Shown: positions 49,489-63,184 of the stretch, one piece after another
Position numbering within the stretch: position 1 is the first letter of the stretch
How the letters are laid out: every line of letters starts with the position of its first letter
Assembly (NCBI GenBank): GCA_040755995.1
Contig: JBFMAF010000033.1
Location: 32,001-96,000, forward strand
Length of the DNA: 64,000 nt
Reading direction: 5' to 3'
DNA from: Acidobacteriota bacterium
GTDB taxonomy: Bacteria; Acidobacteriota; CAIWXX01
Notes under the pieces: model-generated
Database searches by the model: none
Told to the model about the DNA's origin: nothing
Seen by the model: only the letters and a program-made list of their open reading frames with translations
Translations under genes and position numbers: made by a program

Positions 49489-52400
49489 TCATCCGGTGCT
49501 CTCAGCAGCCCTCTCCCGAGCCTGTCGCTTGGTTGCGACCGTGTAGTGACAGCCGTTGAACCGCTCTCCGGTGAACATCTTCCCACCCATGAAATCGAGC
49601 ATTCGACCATCCCACCCCCAGAACCAGGGGAAATCCGACTGCTTTCGTTCGGGCTCCTTGCCCCGGTCCTTGTCCCACTTGATGTTTGGTTTCCAGCGCA
49701 GCACGCCCGCCCCGGCGCGCCCGTTTGGCAGGTCGGCGGCGAGGAACGGGCGGATGTTCAGCCGCACACCGTCGTTGACGTCAGGCTCCCAGCCGATCGG
49801 CTGCTGATGGAGCGGCTTCCAGCGAACGAAGATGTCGAACGGTGGCTCGCCATCAAGGATTGCCACGAGGCGCTTCTGCAGCTCCATGGCCGCGACCAGC
49901 CGATCCTCGGCTCCTTCCTCGCCTCTCTTCACACCATCATGCTGCCGGGAGATCCAGTCGCCGAGATAGCTGTACGTCAGGCTCTCCAGGAGCTTCCGGC
50001 CCACGCCGTCACCTTCAGCAAGCTTGTGGTAGTTCACCAGCGCCTGGAATCCATCCCGTTTGCGGCCGTCCCAGATGTGCCAGATGAATGGCCGGTGATG
50101 GAACAGCTTGCAGTGCTCCTCGAAGAAACTGTTCCGCAGCCACTCGTCCAGGTCGCGGTCCGGCTTGATACCGCATGCATGAAGCACGGCGGCCACCCGG
50201 TCTGCCGCCCTATCCTCGCCGCGCAGAGACGGGACACACACGATGCCGTCGGCATCGGCGAACCTGACAAGCTCATCACATCGTTTCGCCAGCTCGCGCG
50301 CACGGGTGCTCAACCGCATGTTCTCATCCAGCTCGGCCGGCCACCTGTAGCCCAGCATCCGCGCGACAGCGACCTGCAACGGCGCCGCCGACTGCTCCGG
50401 CCTCCCATGGAACAACCACTGCGTCGGATCATCACTCTCGGGCTCCGGCAGGCCATGGGGATACTTCTCCGCCGCAACCTTCTGCCAGTGCGCGATGTCG
50501 AACGGGATCTTCACCAGTGTTGCATTCGTAACGTTGGTCTTCTGGTCCACGAGCCTGACGGATGATGCGAAAACCTCGGACGAGCAGAAGGCCCAGACTG
50601 CGGGCAGGCAATCAGGGTCACGGGGGAGGAGCACAGCCACGTTCGTATCGAATGGCTCGCCCGTGTACAGCGAGCTTGGCAGATGGCGCATCTGGCGCAC
50701 CACAACTCCCGTGCGGCCCCACGCCTGTCGTCCGCGAATCGCTGCCCCGATTTCGTCCTTTGCGCTTTCCAACTCTGCGAGCGCGAGCTTCATCTCGCGC
50801 CCTCCAAAGAGCACGGTGAGATCGAATGAGCACTGAAACGGCCTCCAGTCAGGATCGGACCACGCAAGCTCCCAAAACGCCCTTGTGAAACGGGGCGAAT
50901 CGGCGGTGGAGATTCCCTGCAGACCTACTGCATACCGCTGCAGCAGGATGCCCACTTCGCCCGTCTCCAAGACGATCCTGGCATCGGGATTCCGCAGCTG
51001 GGATTCCTGCGGCACGACGAAGAGAGGGGCGGCAGACGCTCCTCGAAGCAATGTGGCCTTCCGTTCCTGGTCCTTGGTGACGGAGACATCAATGCCAGCA
51101 TAGCAGTGCTCGCTCCCAGGCTTGCCCATGCTGATGATGGTCAGGGCGGTTGTGGCTGCCCACCAGTTCATGCCGCGGAATGCGTTTGCCCCCAGGCGAA
51201 CCACGAAGTTCCAGGTGCATTCCCTCAGCAGGCGAGTTCGGAGGTGTCTGTACGTGGTCAAGAAAAGGCAGTTCTGTGGAGTCACTATACCGACCGTGCC
51301 GGCGGCCGATACGTGCCGAAGAGCCGTGGACAGGAAAACGGTGGACAGATCCGCCTTGGCGTCAGGCTCATGGTCCGAAGCCCACTGCCGCAGAGCGGAG
51401 CCATGCTTGAGTCTCGCCAGATAGGGCACGTTGGTGATCACAAGGGTGTACTTAGAGGTCAGAATGGCTGCTGCCCTTGCCATGCCGTGGGCCGCGACAG
51501 CCAGCTCGTGCTCTGTGTCGCCGGCGGACTCTGCACGCAACGCCAAATCGAGGAGTGGCTCGAGTTCGCGGTAGTCCGCAGCATACAAGCCACCGCTGGC
51601 GCGCCGCGGGTCGATCAAGCTTCCGAGCTCGGGGGCCTGCTGGAAGAGGTCGTAGAGGTTCTCGAGCCCGTTCTTGATCGCGTCAGACAGCAGTGACTCC
51701 CGGGTCTCGAAGAGGTCCTCGCGAACCACGGGCATTCCGCCCTCGCTCGCCGCGCGCTCGGCGATCTCGAGCCACTCTTGCTTCGTGGCGCGCGGCGCGA
51801 GGCCAGTGCACGCGATGTTGAGCGACGGGAGCGGCCGGAAGCCTGCGAGCTTCCACGCGGTGAAGGCGAGGTTGAACGCTGCGATTTGCGTGCATCGCGG
51901 ATCGATCTCGAGACCGTGCAGATTCTGGCGCAGGACAGCGTCGACTGCATCGGAGAGCGAGAGCCCTTCTTCGTGCATCCTCAGTCGCACCAGCAGATCG
52001 AAGCCCGCGACCAGGAAGTGGCCAGAGCCGCAACAAGGGTCGAGCACCTTCAACTCGGCCGCGCGCTTGGGCCATCCCTCGAACGCGCCGGCCGCAGGCC
52101 TCCATGAGCCGCCTTTGCCATCCGGCCCGCGGACGAACCGCAGGTAGTCGAATGAGTACCCGCCCGCTGCGGTTAGCGCGACGGCTTTGCGAAGATTTTC
52201 CTCGCTGCCTGCGCTGTCGGCCAGTGCCGGGTTCGTTGCAAGAACCTCTCCCGCATGCCATGCGCCAACGGTGTTGTGCAGGAGGAACAGCACCATGTAG
52301 TGCTCGGTGAAAAGCTGCGTCACGGCCGGCAGCGTCTCGCCCGTGATCTTCTGACCACTCTTGTTGACCTCGTCCTTCCTCTTGCTCTGCCAGAATTGAT

Positions 52401-52950
52401 AGACCCAGCCGAGCGCATCGTCCGCCTTGAAGACCGACGGGGTGAGACCGGCGAGCAGTTGCTCCAGCTTGACTCGATGCTCGCGCGCCAGCGCCACCTG
52501 GAGCACCGGGTCATCGGGCCGGAAGATCTGGGGCAGCATCTTCTGGGCGTATCGGCTGGCGTGCGTCCAGAGGTCGGTGCCTGCCTCCTTCGCCAACTCC
52601 TCGCACTCCTGCAGGCTGATGGCCACGCCGCTGGAAGGCTCGATGAGTAGATCGTTCTCTGCGAGGAACCGGGCGAAGAGCATCCGATGCCACTGTTCGT
52701 ATGCGCATTCGTGGACGAGATGGTCGATCCCGAGGCTCCCTCGACGATCCTGCTCGTCTCCGAGCTGCCTAGCATGCGCGCGCAATTGATTCCGCAGCCG
52801 GCGCTCTTCGGCTGTTTGATGCGGGTAGGGTTCGTGGTGGTGAACCGCCAATGTCTCGAGAGCGGCCCGCGCCCCTGCCTCGGCCACGTCGCGCGCCTGA
52901 ACGACAGTTCGCTCAAGCTTGCTCCGGAGGTCAGCCGCAAGAGGTGGCAT
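49489..52950 (-). CDS. pglX: BREX adenine-specific DNA methyltransferase PglX (BrxX)
   Basis: LGWVYQFW, TQLFTEHYMV, DPCCGSGHF motif I, ITNVPY motif IV, RPFIWHI, DVNDGVRLNIRPF. Confidence 0.92.
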   Translation of the reverse strand: MPPLAADLRSKLERTVVQARDVAEAGARAALETLAVHHHEPYPHQTAEERRLRNQLRAHARQLGDEQDRRGSLGIDHLVHECAYEQWHRMLFARFLAENDLLIEPSSGVAISLQECEELAKEAGTDLWTHASRYAQKMLPQIFRPDDPVLQVALAREHRVKLEQLLAGLTPSVFKADDALGWVYQFWQSKRKDEVNKSGQKITGETLPAVTQLFTEHYMVLFLLHNTVGAWHAGEVLATNPALADSAGSEENLRKAVALTAAGGYSFDYLRFVRGPDGKGGSWRPAAGAFEGWPKRAAELKVLDPCCGSGHFLVAGFDLLVRLRMHEEGLSLSDAVDAVLRQNLHGLEIDPRCTQIAAFNLAFTAWKLAGFRPLPSLNIACTGLAPRATKQEWLEIAERAASEGGMPVVREDLFETRESLLSDAIKNGLENLYDLFQQAPELGSLIDPRRASGGLYAADYRELEPLLDLALRAESAGDTEHELAVAAHGMARAAAILTSKYTLVITNVPYLARLKHGSALRQWASDHEPDAKADLSTVFLSTALRHVSAAGTVGIVTPQNCLFLTTYRHLRTRLLRECTWNFVVRLGANAFRGMNWWAATTALTIISMGKPGSEHCYAGIDVSVTKDQERKATLLRGASAAPLFVVPQESQLRNPDARIVLETGEVGILLQRYAVGLQGISTADSPRFTRAFWELAWSDPDWRPFQCSFDLTVLFGGREMKLALAELESAKDEIGAAIRGRQAWGRTGVVVRQMRHLPSSLYTGEPFDTNVAVLLPRDPDCLPAVWAFCSSEVFASSVRLVDQKTNVTNATLVKIPFDIAHWQKVAAEKYPHGLPEPESDDPTQWLFHGRPEQSAAPLQVAVARMLGYRWPAELDENMRLSTRARELAKRCDELVRFADADGIVCVPSLRGEDRAADRVAAVLHACGIKPDRDLDEWLRNSFFEEHCKLFHHRPFIWHIWDGRKRDGFQALVNYHKLAEGDGVGRKLLESLTYSYLGDWISRQHDGVKRGEEGAEDRLVAAMELQKRLVAILDGEPPFDIFVRWKPLHQQPIGWEPDVNDGVRLNIRPFLAADLPNGRAGAGVLRWKPNIKWDKDRGKEPERKQSDFPWFWGWDGRMLDFMGGKMFTGERFNGCHYTVATKRQARERAAESTG

Positions 52951-53163
52951 CGATGAGTCTCCTCAGTTGGGACCTACCGCAGTGATATGGCGCTTCATGT
53001 CGGTGCTCCCCATATCTCCAAAGGCCGCGGATCCAGCTGGCGTCCCCGAACCGATGAGGGTCACAATTGCTCTTCTTTGGATATCAATCATTTGAGGGCC
53101 GTTGGCATCCTGGTACGACCATCCCAGTCACATATCAACTGCTGAGAGGTCATCGCGCGCATC

Positions 53164-56100
53164 TCACGAAATGACGATGGGACCGTCCGCCACTTTGTCG
53201 AGCAGGTCGCGCTCGATGTTCGTGACCCAATCTTTCACCTCTGCAGGGGTCTTGAGCGTCCCACTGGTGAGATGCACTCGCTGTGTCTTCGGCTCGAGCG
53301 ATTTCGCTGCTGCAAGAGCCGCATCTATGAATTGCTGGGGCAATGCGCTTGTTCGCATCTTCCATGAGCCCAGCGAGCACTCATCGAGGGACCTCAGCAG
53401 GCTTACGTCGTCGCTCACATCGAGCGTCGGGGCCTCCGCAATCCCCACGGCCGCGAGTATCTCTTCTCGTTGAGCCGGCGATAGCCTCTGCCAACTCTCG
53501 CTCGCGTCCAGCCTGCGCTTCTCTGTGCTGAACAGGGTCTCGTATTCATTGTGCGCCTTGTTCAGAGCGGGGCGCAGAATGGAAGCGACTCCCTTCTGGA
53601 TGGCGGGCACTGGGTCGCTGGCATCGAGCAGACGCCGGTCGGCGCGTACGGCGTCCGTCTGTTTCAGGAGGTCAAACGAATCGGGTAATCCGGAGGCGTG
53701 GCGGAGCAATCTACAAAGCATTTCCCAGGCCGGCCTCCTCTTCGCGGCATGTTCGGCTGCAGCGCTCCAGGCTTTGACGTGCTGTTCCAGGCCGTCGCCC
53801 TGCCTGACCATCGCCGCGAGCTGTTCGTTACCTGTGAGGCCTCGAAGGGCCTCGATGTGCGTCGTCGAGGGTCTGGGTGGCATCGGCGGATCCCCGCCGG
53901 CCTGATCCGCGAGGTCGAGCAGCACCGCGAGGAATCGATCGGCTTGTGTCGACTCCTCGCCGGGCTTGCACGCGACTGAAGCGCTCTGGAACAGTTTGCG
54001 CAGTTTGATGCGTTGGCCAACATCCAATGTGGCCGCCTCGACGCGGAGCTCACTCATCGCGATCTTGGCCTGGTCGAGCTGGCCCGGCTTGAGTTGCACG
54101 CCACCGTGACCCACGCGCACTTGACCCGCAGTGTGGAGCACTATGAGCGCGCCGTCCACTGCGTCCCGTGGCCAACCGTACGGGCTGTTTTCGAAGAAAG
54201 AACGGACCTCTTTGCCCCTCTTGCCGGCCCCGATGGCCGAGCGAATCGCAGAGCACACAGGGTGCTTCTCCGGCTTGTCGTGCCAATCCACTACCTGCAG
54301 CGCGCTCTCGTCGCCGCTCCTCGCTCGGCTGATGACACCGTCCCACTTGTCGTGATCTGCGACACGGAAGTGGGGAAAGAGGCGATCAAGAGATGCCTCT
54401 GCAGCGGTTCTCACTTTCTCCACGAAACTGAGCTCCAGACGTTCGGCACCACCACCCTGCAGGACCTTGCTGTTCTCTATTACCTCACGGAGGATAGCAT
54501 TCCGTCGGACCTCAGCCTCCCCCCTCCGCGTGGTCATTGCATTGAACGCCTCACGTCCCTCGTCCGTGTTCGGCGTCCCCTTGAAATCGATCGTTGACCT
54601 CGCAGCCTCTGCGTCTACGATCGCCTGCTTCAGGTCTTCGGCTCGGGACTTGGACACGAAGACGTAAACGATAGGGCTCTCGGTTCCGGCGGCTCGCGCA
54701 TCATTAAGGACTCGGCTCTCGCTCTCGCCCCAGCCGTCTCGGACCCAGACCGGGATCTCGTGCCCTTCTCCTGTAGGTGCGTCCCCGCCGAACTGCAGGA
54801 CGAGCTTGCGCGGGGCCTTGCTCCTCCCATGCACCAGCCTGATGCCCCCGATGGCGTCACTGATCGCCGCGGCTATCAGCGCCGAACGTTTGTTGGAGAT
54901 ACCCGACTCGTCGCCGGCCAGTCGCGACTGGCGGTTGTGGAACTCACGGTCCCACTCGCTGCCCTCGCGCGTCTGAAGACTGTAGCCATCGTCAAGCTTG
55001 ATCAGCTTCCCGTCGCGAACCAGCTGTTCGAGGACGAGAGGCACATCCTTGCGGAGCAGCGTGCCATCACTGCCCAGGTCGCTGACAAGCAAGTCCGAGA
55101 GCATCTCGGGGGTGGCGCTCACGCCGACGGCACCGGCCTGTCCTCGGGGCAGCTTGCGGATCAAGAAGATTAATCCGCAGAGCCGGCGCGCCAGCTTCCC
55201 GGATGGCGTGCCGTCATCGAGCTTTTGGATGGTCTGGTCGCTCTCGCGCAGAAGAACGCCAGTGCGGAGAAGGTCCGTTTGTAGTTGCCCAAAAATGAAG
55301 TCGCCAGGTACGACCGTTCCGAGCGGTTGCTCGGCTGTGTCCCGCACGGCGTCATGCACGATGCGCAGCTGCGTGCGGAGTTGTGCCGTAGTGCCGGGGA
55401 CGTCGACTGCCCTCAGTGAATGCTCCCAGAACCGCCGGCGCACGGGGAGAAGCGGGTAGTCATCGACCAGGATTGTCTGATCGTCGACTCGCGATGCTAT
55501 GGCAGTCCCGGCCAGCTGTCGATCGATCTCACCTGCATGGTGATCAAGACACTCCTTGACCGCCTTGACCCGATCAGCCTTCTTCGCCAAAACAACCCGG
55601 CGTGTGACGGTCTCCACATCGAGGTCAGACAGCTCAACCGAGATGGTGAAGCGTCCCCGGAGTCGCTGCAGCATCGGCACGCTCCCGGCGAGGGCCGTCT
55701 GGCCCGCGCCGATGAGCATCACGCGACTGTCGAGCTGCTTGCAGAGCGCCTCGGCCACCTCCTGGACCTCCGCCGAACGCTGGGCGCTATCGCCGATGAA
55801 GAGCTGTACTTCGTCCAGCACCACCACGGTGCAGGGTACACGACCATCGACCGACAGGATCTCGCGCGTCAGTCGAGTGAACTCCATAGTCGAGATCTCG
55901 TGGACATCCCGGAACTGCGCCTCCAGTGTGGCGTGCACCTGGTTGATGTCGGGGGCAAAGGTGGGGTCGGCATCCAGGATCGCCCTCGCGAGCACCGGAC
56001 TGACATACAGGTCACTGAGCTCCCGAAGGAAGTCTCTGCCCTCGGCCTCAACTGCTCTCCGAACCTTCTCGTAGTTGCCGTTTCTCATCAGCCAGAGGCA

Positions 56101-56607
56101 AAAGCGAGTCTCAGGCAGGGTTTCCGGGAGGCCCTTCGATCGCGAGATGATGCTGAGGATGGTCAGCCGCACGTTGCTGCCCTCGCCAGAAGGTAGCTTC
56201 CCCGAAACGGCGTGGAGGCCACCGCACCTCTTGCCGAGAGTTCCCAGCTCCCTTAGCAGGTCTTGCACTTCCAACGGTAGCTGTGCGAGCCCACGTGCGG
56301 TGGCTCCGTCCGCGAACATCGTGTCCACCCACAGGTGGCGCAGCATCTTTAGCAAGTGGGACTTCCCGCAGCCGTAAAAGCCGCTGATCCATGCCGCCGG
56401 CTGGACAGTCGAGTCCACGCTGCCGATATAGGACTCGAGGATGCGAATCATACCCTCCTTGTACTGGCCCTCGCACACGAAGTGCTCCAGCTCGTAGCGG
56501 AGCGTATCGATCTCGTTTGGCGTCCGTGTCTCCTCGACGGTGGCCACACCGTCGTTCAACAGCCTGCTGGTGGAGGGGTCGCGCTGGAATATCTCTCTGT
56601 TCTTCAT
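53164..56607 (-). CDS. brxC: BREX P-loop ATPase BrxC
   Basis: WISGFYGCGKSH, VLDEVQ, YPLLP, SPYGWP. Confidence 0.93.
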   Translation of the reverse strand: MKNREIFQRDPSTSRLLNDGVATVEETRTPNEIDTLRYELEHFVCEGQYKEGMIRILESYIGSVDSTVQPAAWISGFYGCGKSHLLKMLRHLWVDTMFADGATARGLAQLPLEVQDLLRELGTLGKRCGGLHAVSGKLPSGEGSNVRLTILSIISRSKGLPETLPETRFCLWLMRNGNYEKVRRAVEAEGRDFLRELSDLYVSPVLARAILDADPTFAPDINQVHATLEAQFRDVHEISTMEFTRLTREILSVDGRVPCTVVVLDEVQLFIGDSAQRSAEVQEVAEALCKQLDSRVMLIGAGQTALAGSVPMLQRLRGRFTISVELSDLDVETVTRRVVLAKKADRVKAVKECLDHHAGEIDRQLAGTAIASRVDDQTILVDDYPLLPVRRRFWEHSLRAVDVPGTTAQLRTQLRIVHDAVRDTAEQPLGTVVPGDFIFGQLQTDLLRTGVLLRESDQTIQKLDDGTPSGKLARRLCGLIFLIRKLPRGQAGAVGVSATPEMLSDLLVSDLGSDGTLLRKDVPLVLEQLVRDGKLIKLDDGYSLQTREGSEWDREFHNRQSRLAGDESGISNKRSALIAAAISDAIGGIRLVHGRSKAPRKLVLQFGGDAPTGEGHEIPVWVRDGWGESESRVLNDARAAGTESPIVYVFVSKSRAEDLKQAIVDAEAARSTIDFKGTPNTDEGREAFNAMTTRRGEAEVRRNAILREVIENSKVLQGGGAERLELSFVEKVRTAAEASLDRLFPHFRVADHDKWDGVISRARSGDESALQVVDWHDKPEKHPVCSAIRSAIGAGKRGKEVRSFFENSPYGWPRDAVDGALIVLHTAGQVRVGHGGVQLKPGQLDQAKIAMSELRVEAATLDVGQRIKLRKLFQSASVACKPGEESTQADRFLAVLLDLADQAGGDPPMPPRPSTTHIEALRGLTGNEQLAAMVRQGDGLEQHVKAWSAAAEHAAKRRPAWEMLCRLLRHASGLPDSFDLLKQTDAVRADRRLLDASDPVPAIQKGVASILRPALNKAHNEYETLFSTEKRRLDASESWQRLSPAQREEILAAVGIAEAPTLDVSDDVSLLRSLDECSLGSWKMRTSALPQQFIDAALAAAKSLEPKTQRVHLTSGTLKTPAEVKDWVTNIERDLLDKVADGPIVIS

Positions 56608-57173
56608 CGCTCAACAGTCCCGCCGCGGAGGGTGATCGGGACGGCCAGGTAGTTCCAACCATCCCGAGCATCGAGCAGCCGATAATTGTTGTTGTCGAAT
56701 TCGCCGGGAAAGAACAGGACGAGCCTGCCCCGGATGTCACGGTCAGTCTCCTTGAGCACGAGTGATACCTTCGTGAACCCGTATAGGCATCCTACACCAT
56801 AAGCGGCAACTACGGTGTTCTCGTCCACCTCAGGCGCGATGAGTGCGTCGCGAAGCTCCGCGGCCGCGGCGCGCACGAAGTCGCTCTTCAGCTTCAGACC
56901 AAGGGCGGCGGGCTTCCGGAAGTACGGGTCGCGATACTCCATCGAAGCCATCCATCGCGCGAAGGTCCCGGTGAAGTCGACAAGCTTCCAGCCGTGCCCA
57001 GACTGCCGCGTCGCCATCTCGTAGAGCTCCAGCTTCGCACGCAGTTTTCGCTCGTCCGTTTTGTCGTATACGACGAAGATGGTCTTTTGTGCACCCGCAA
57101 GGTCCCTCTGCCAAGGCGCGGAGACGTGGCTCTGGTAACGGTTGGCCAGCTCTTCAATTCGTCCCATGGACAT
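56604..57173 (-). CDS. brxB: BREX protein BrxB (DUF1788)
   Basis: LVLFFPGEF....YRLLDARDGWNYLA C-terminus; operon position. Confidence 0.88.
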   Translation of the reverse strand: MSMGRIEELANRYQSHVSAPWQRDLAGAQKTIFVVYDKTDERKLRAKLELYEMATRQSGHGWKLVDFTGTFARWMASMEYRDPYFRKPAALGLKLKSDFVRAAAAELRDALIAPEVDENTVVAAYGVGCLYGFTKVSLVLKETDRDIRGRLVLFFPGEFDNNNYRLLDARDGWNYLAVPITLRGGTVER

Positions 57174-57978
57174 GCTTCCTTTCTTGCTCGGTCAGCATCC
57201 TGAGGGGTGCCACATCCACAATCCCGCCCGAAACCCTGAGGTCTATGAGGCCGATGCGTTTGGCATCCGTTGCCAGGGCGATGAGCTCGTCGCCGGTCGA
57301 ATCGAGGCTCTTCGTCCAGAGAGTCTCGAATAGGAGTGCACCCCGCACGCCGAGGGCGTATCCGAGCAGCAGAGCAAAGGCAACGACGGTGGGGGTAGGG
57401 CTCACGGTGCGGCGCACCTTGTGACTTCGACCTTCGAGATGCCCTGACTGGCTCCAGGACGATGCCGCGTTGCGCACGACCTTGTCCAGTACCGCTTCGT
57501 TGAAACGGTCGTGCGTTCCTTGGCCCACGGCTTCAGCGAACGCGCGGCGGGCAAGCTCCTCGCCGGGACGCAGGTGGGCGATGACCGGGGCTGTAAGCCG
57601 CAGGAGGGGGTCGCGCGCCAGGGCAAGCAGGAGCGCCATCAGCGGCTGCCCCTGTTCCTCGTTTTGCCAAAGCTCCCGCATGACGCGGAACAGGGGCACA
57701 CTCGGATCGAGCGCATACAGCTCACCCAGACGCTGATCGGTCAGCCTGCGTGTAGCGAGCGTAGTCTTGCCGAGGCAGTTATGCTCGACGATCAGCTCGC
57801 GGTATTCCGCACGACTAGCCGTCGGCGCAGCAACTCGCAATAGTGTCGAGAGCTCACTCAGCATCATCGTGCGACTAGTGTGCGTGCCCTTTTCGCCCGA
57901 ACGGAATCCGAGAAGAACGGCGGTAGGAGCATCGAGCTCGGCTGCGGCAATCGCGTCGAAGGGCGGCAACCGTGTCAC
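57154..57978 (-). CDS. brxA: BrxA-like protein
   Basis: GTHTSRTMMLSEL, NCLGK.T..TR, RNAASSWSQSGHL; first gene of the BREX operon. Confidence 0.65.
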   Translation of the reverse strand: MTRLPPFDAIAAAELDAPTAVLLGFRSGEKGTHTSRTMMLSELSTLLRVAAPTASRAEYRELIVEHNCLGKTTLATRRLTDQRLGELYALDPSVPLFRVMRELWQNEEQGQPLMALLLALARDPLLRLTAPVIAHLRPGEELARRAFAEAVGQGTHDRFNEAVLDKVVRNAASSWSQSGHLEGRSHKVRRTVSPTPTVVAFALLLGYALGVRGALLFETLWTKSLDSTGDELIALATDAKRIGLIDLRVSGGIVDVAPLRMLTEQERKHVHGTN

Positions 57979-58034
57979 CTCGAGAGTAGACCACCAACCA
58001 CGCTAGCGATGATCCTACGGAACCAGTCGGCCAT
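57975..58034 (-). CDS. Putative 19-aa leader peptide MADWFRRIIASVVGGLLSR
   Basis: GGAGG RBS 6 nt upstream; its TGA overlaps the brxA GTG. Confidence 0.35.
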   Translation of the reverse strand: MADWFRRIIASVVGGLLSR

Positions 58035-58090
58035 GTCAATCCTCCAGGAGAAGCAGCCACCCCGCCGGCTAGTTTGCCGGCGCCATGCAT

Positions 58091-58119
58091 ATCCTATGGC
58101 GCAACCATGTTTTGGTCAA
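58091..58119 (-). promoter_or_regulatory. Sigma70-type promoter of the BREX operon
   Basis: Minus strand TTGACC-17 nt-TAGGAT with an AT-rich upstream tract. Confidence 0.55.
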
Positions 58120-58405
58120 GTAGTTATCTTCATTCATTTACGTTCTTTACTCATTAGCAGTAGTCTCGTCGGTTCCGGAGGGGCTAGGCAGATGGCACGA
58201 GGCCCCAGCCGTTCACCGAGCGTGTCCTCAAGGAGCTCAAGGAGTCGTGCCGGACGAGAGGTACCCAAACGCTGCCAGCCAGTGGACCTGCTCGCCCGCC
58301 GCTTCAGTAGCCTGCGAGCCTAGCACATCGCTGTTCTCGGTGTCTGGTGACAGTCGGACATCATTCGCAGGATGTGGTCCAGGGCGACAGTTTCAGGATT
58401 CGTGC

Positions 58406-61834
<3,429 letters not shown>

Positions 61835-62048
61835 CTCGGTCTCCAACAGGGACTTACTCTAACTGTGAGGCAGGAGCTTTACAACCTCGCCGCATGGTGG
61901 TCGGGTCCGTTCCCTTGCCCGTTCCCGACCCTGATCGAGTACGGGCAAGCGTACGGGTACCGGCCTTCGGACTTGGTACGGTGATGGGGTCATGCGAGAG
62001 CGCGCCTAGCGAAATGTTGTCCGGCGGACTCGGAGGTGCGAGAATACG

Positions 62049-62657
62049 TTGGTGGACGCGACGGTGAGAATGGACGACCTGCGGCGGGTGCTCGCGCGAC
62101 CGGGGCAGCTGGGTGATCCGGGGTCAGCTGAGGTGACGGCGGCGGTGGCGGCGGTGTTTCGGGACCGGCCCGCCGGTCCGGAGCTTCTGTTCATCCGCAG
62201 GGCCGAGCATCCGCGCGATCCGTGGTCGGGCGACATGGGGTTCCCGGGCGGTCGCGTGGACCCCACCGACGCCAGTCCACTTGCCGCAGCGATACGTGAA
62301 ACGCGCGAGGAGCTCGCGCTTGATCTTGATCGTTGCGGCGTGCTTCTCGGGGCGATGCCGTCCGTTCGAACGCACTTGCGCGTGGGGCGAGGTCCTCTGT
62401 GGGTCGCTCCGTTCGTCTTCGAGCTGCAGGGCGAACCCGACCTGGTTCCGAATCACGAGGTGCAGGAGGCCTTGTGGGTGCCCCTCTCGTTCCTGATGGA
62501 CAAGGGCAACCGTCACAGCTTCGTCTGGACGGGCCGCGGCTTCCCGCTACCCATGCCCTGCTACCGATTCCACGGGCGCGTCATCTGGGGGTTGACGCTT
62601 CGGATGCTCGACGGTTTGTTCGGGTTGCTCGCGGGCGACAGCCCGGCTCGCCTTTGA
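62049..62657 (+). CDS. Nudix CoA pyrophosphatase
   Basis: DPWSGDMGFPGGRVD...AAIRETREEL, IWGLT; true start may be ATG 62070. Confidence 0.9.
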   Translation: MVDATVRMDDLRRVLARPGQLGDPGSAEVTAAVAAVFRDRPAGPELLFIRRAEHPRDPWSGDMGFPGGRVDPTDASPLAAAIRETREELALDLDRCGVLLGAMPSVRTHLRVGRGPLWVAPFVFELQGEPDLVPNHEVQEALWVPLSFLMDKGNRHSFVWTGRGFPLPMPCYRFHGRVIWGLTLRMLDGLFGLLAGDSPARL

Positions 62658-62679
62658 CCTCACCGATCGCGCCGGGGGC

Positions 62680-63150
62680 TCAGAGCTCGATGATCTCGAC
62701 CTTCCGCGAGGCTGTGTCGTAGACGGCGCAGGTCTTGGCCGGCGCCAGGACTCCCGACACCGTGCCGGGGTTGAGCATCAGCATTCTGCCTTTCTCTTCG
62801 ACCGACACCTGGTGTGTGTGCCCGTAGATCAGCAGGTTCACGCGCTGGGGGTCGACGTAGTCGTTGATGAACGGCTCGTGAAAGACGACGATGCTGGTGT
62901 TGCCGGCCTGCACCTGGCGCGGGGCGGGGCGTATGTCGATGAGGCTGGAGAGGAGCACGCGGTCTCCGTCGTTGTTCCCGAAGACGGCTGCGTGCGGCAG
63001 GCCGGAGTCCTTGATGAGGCGCGCGATGAACGGCGAGCACAGGTCGCCGGCGTGGATCAGGAGCTCGCATGAGTGCGCGCGGATAAGCTCCAGCGCCTTC
63101 GTGGTGGCGGCAACGTCGTCATGCGTGTCCGACAGGATTCCGATCTTCAT
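62680..63150 (-). CDS. YfcE-type metallophosphoesterase
   Basis: SDTHD, HAGD, GNND, GHTH, NPG. Confidence 0.9.
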   Translation of the reverse strand: MKIGILSDTHDDVAATTKALELIRAHSCELLIHAGDLCSPFIARLIKDSGLPHAAVFGNNDGDRVLLSSLIDIRPAPRQVQAGNTSIVVFHEPFINDYVDPQRVNLLIYGHTHQVSVEEKGRMLMLNPGTVSGVLAPAKTCAVYDTASRKVEIIEL

Positions 63151-63184
63151 TTGGATCTCCTTGACCCCGGCCTCCGCTGCGCTC

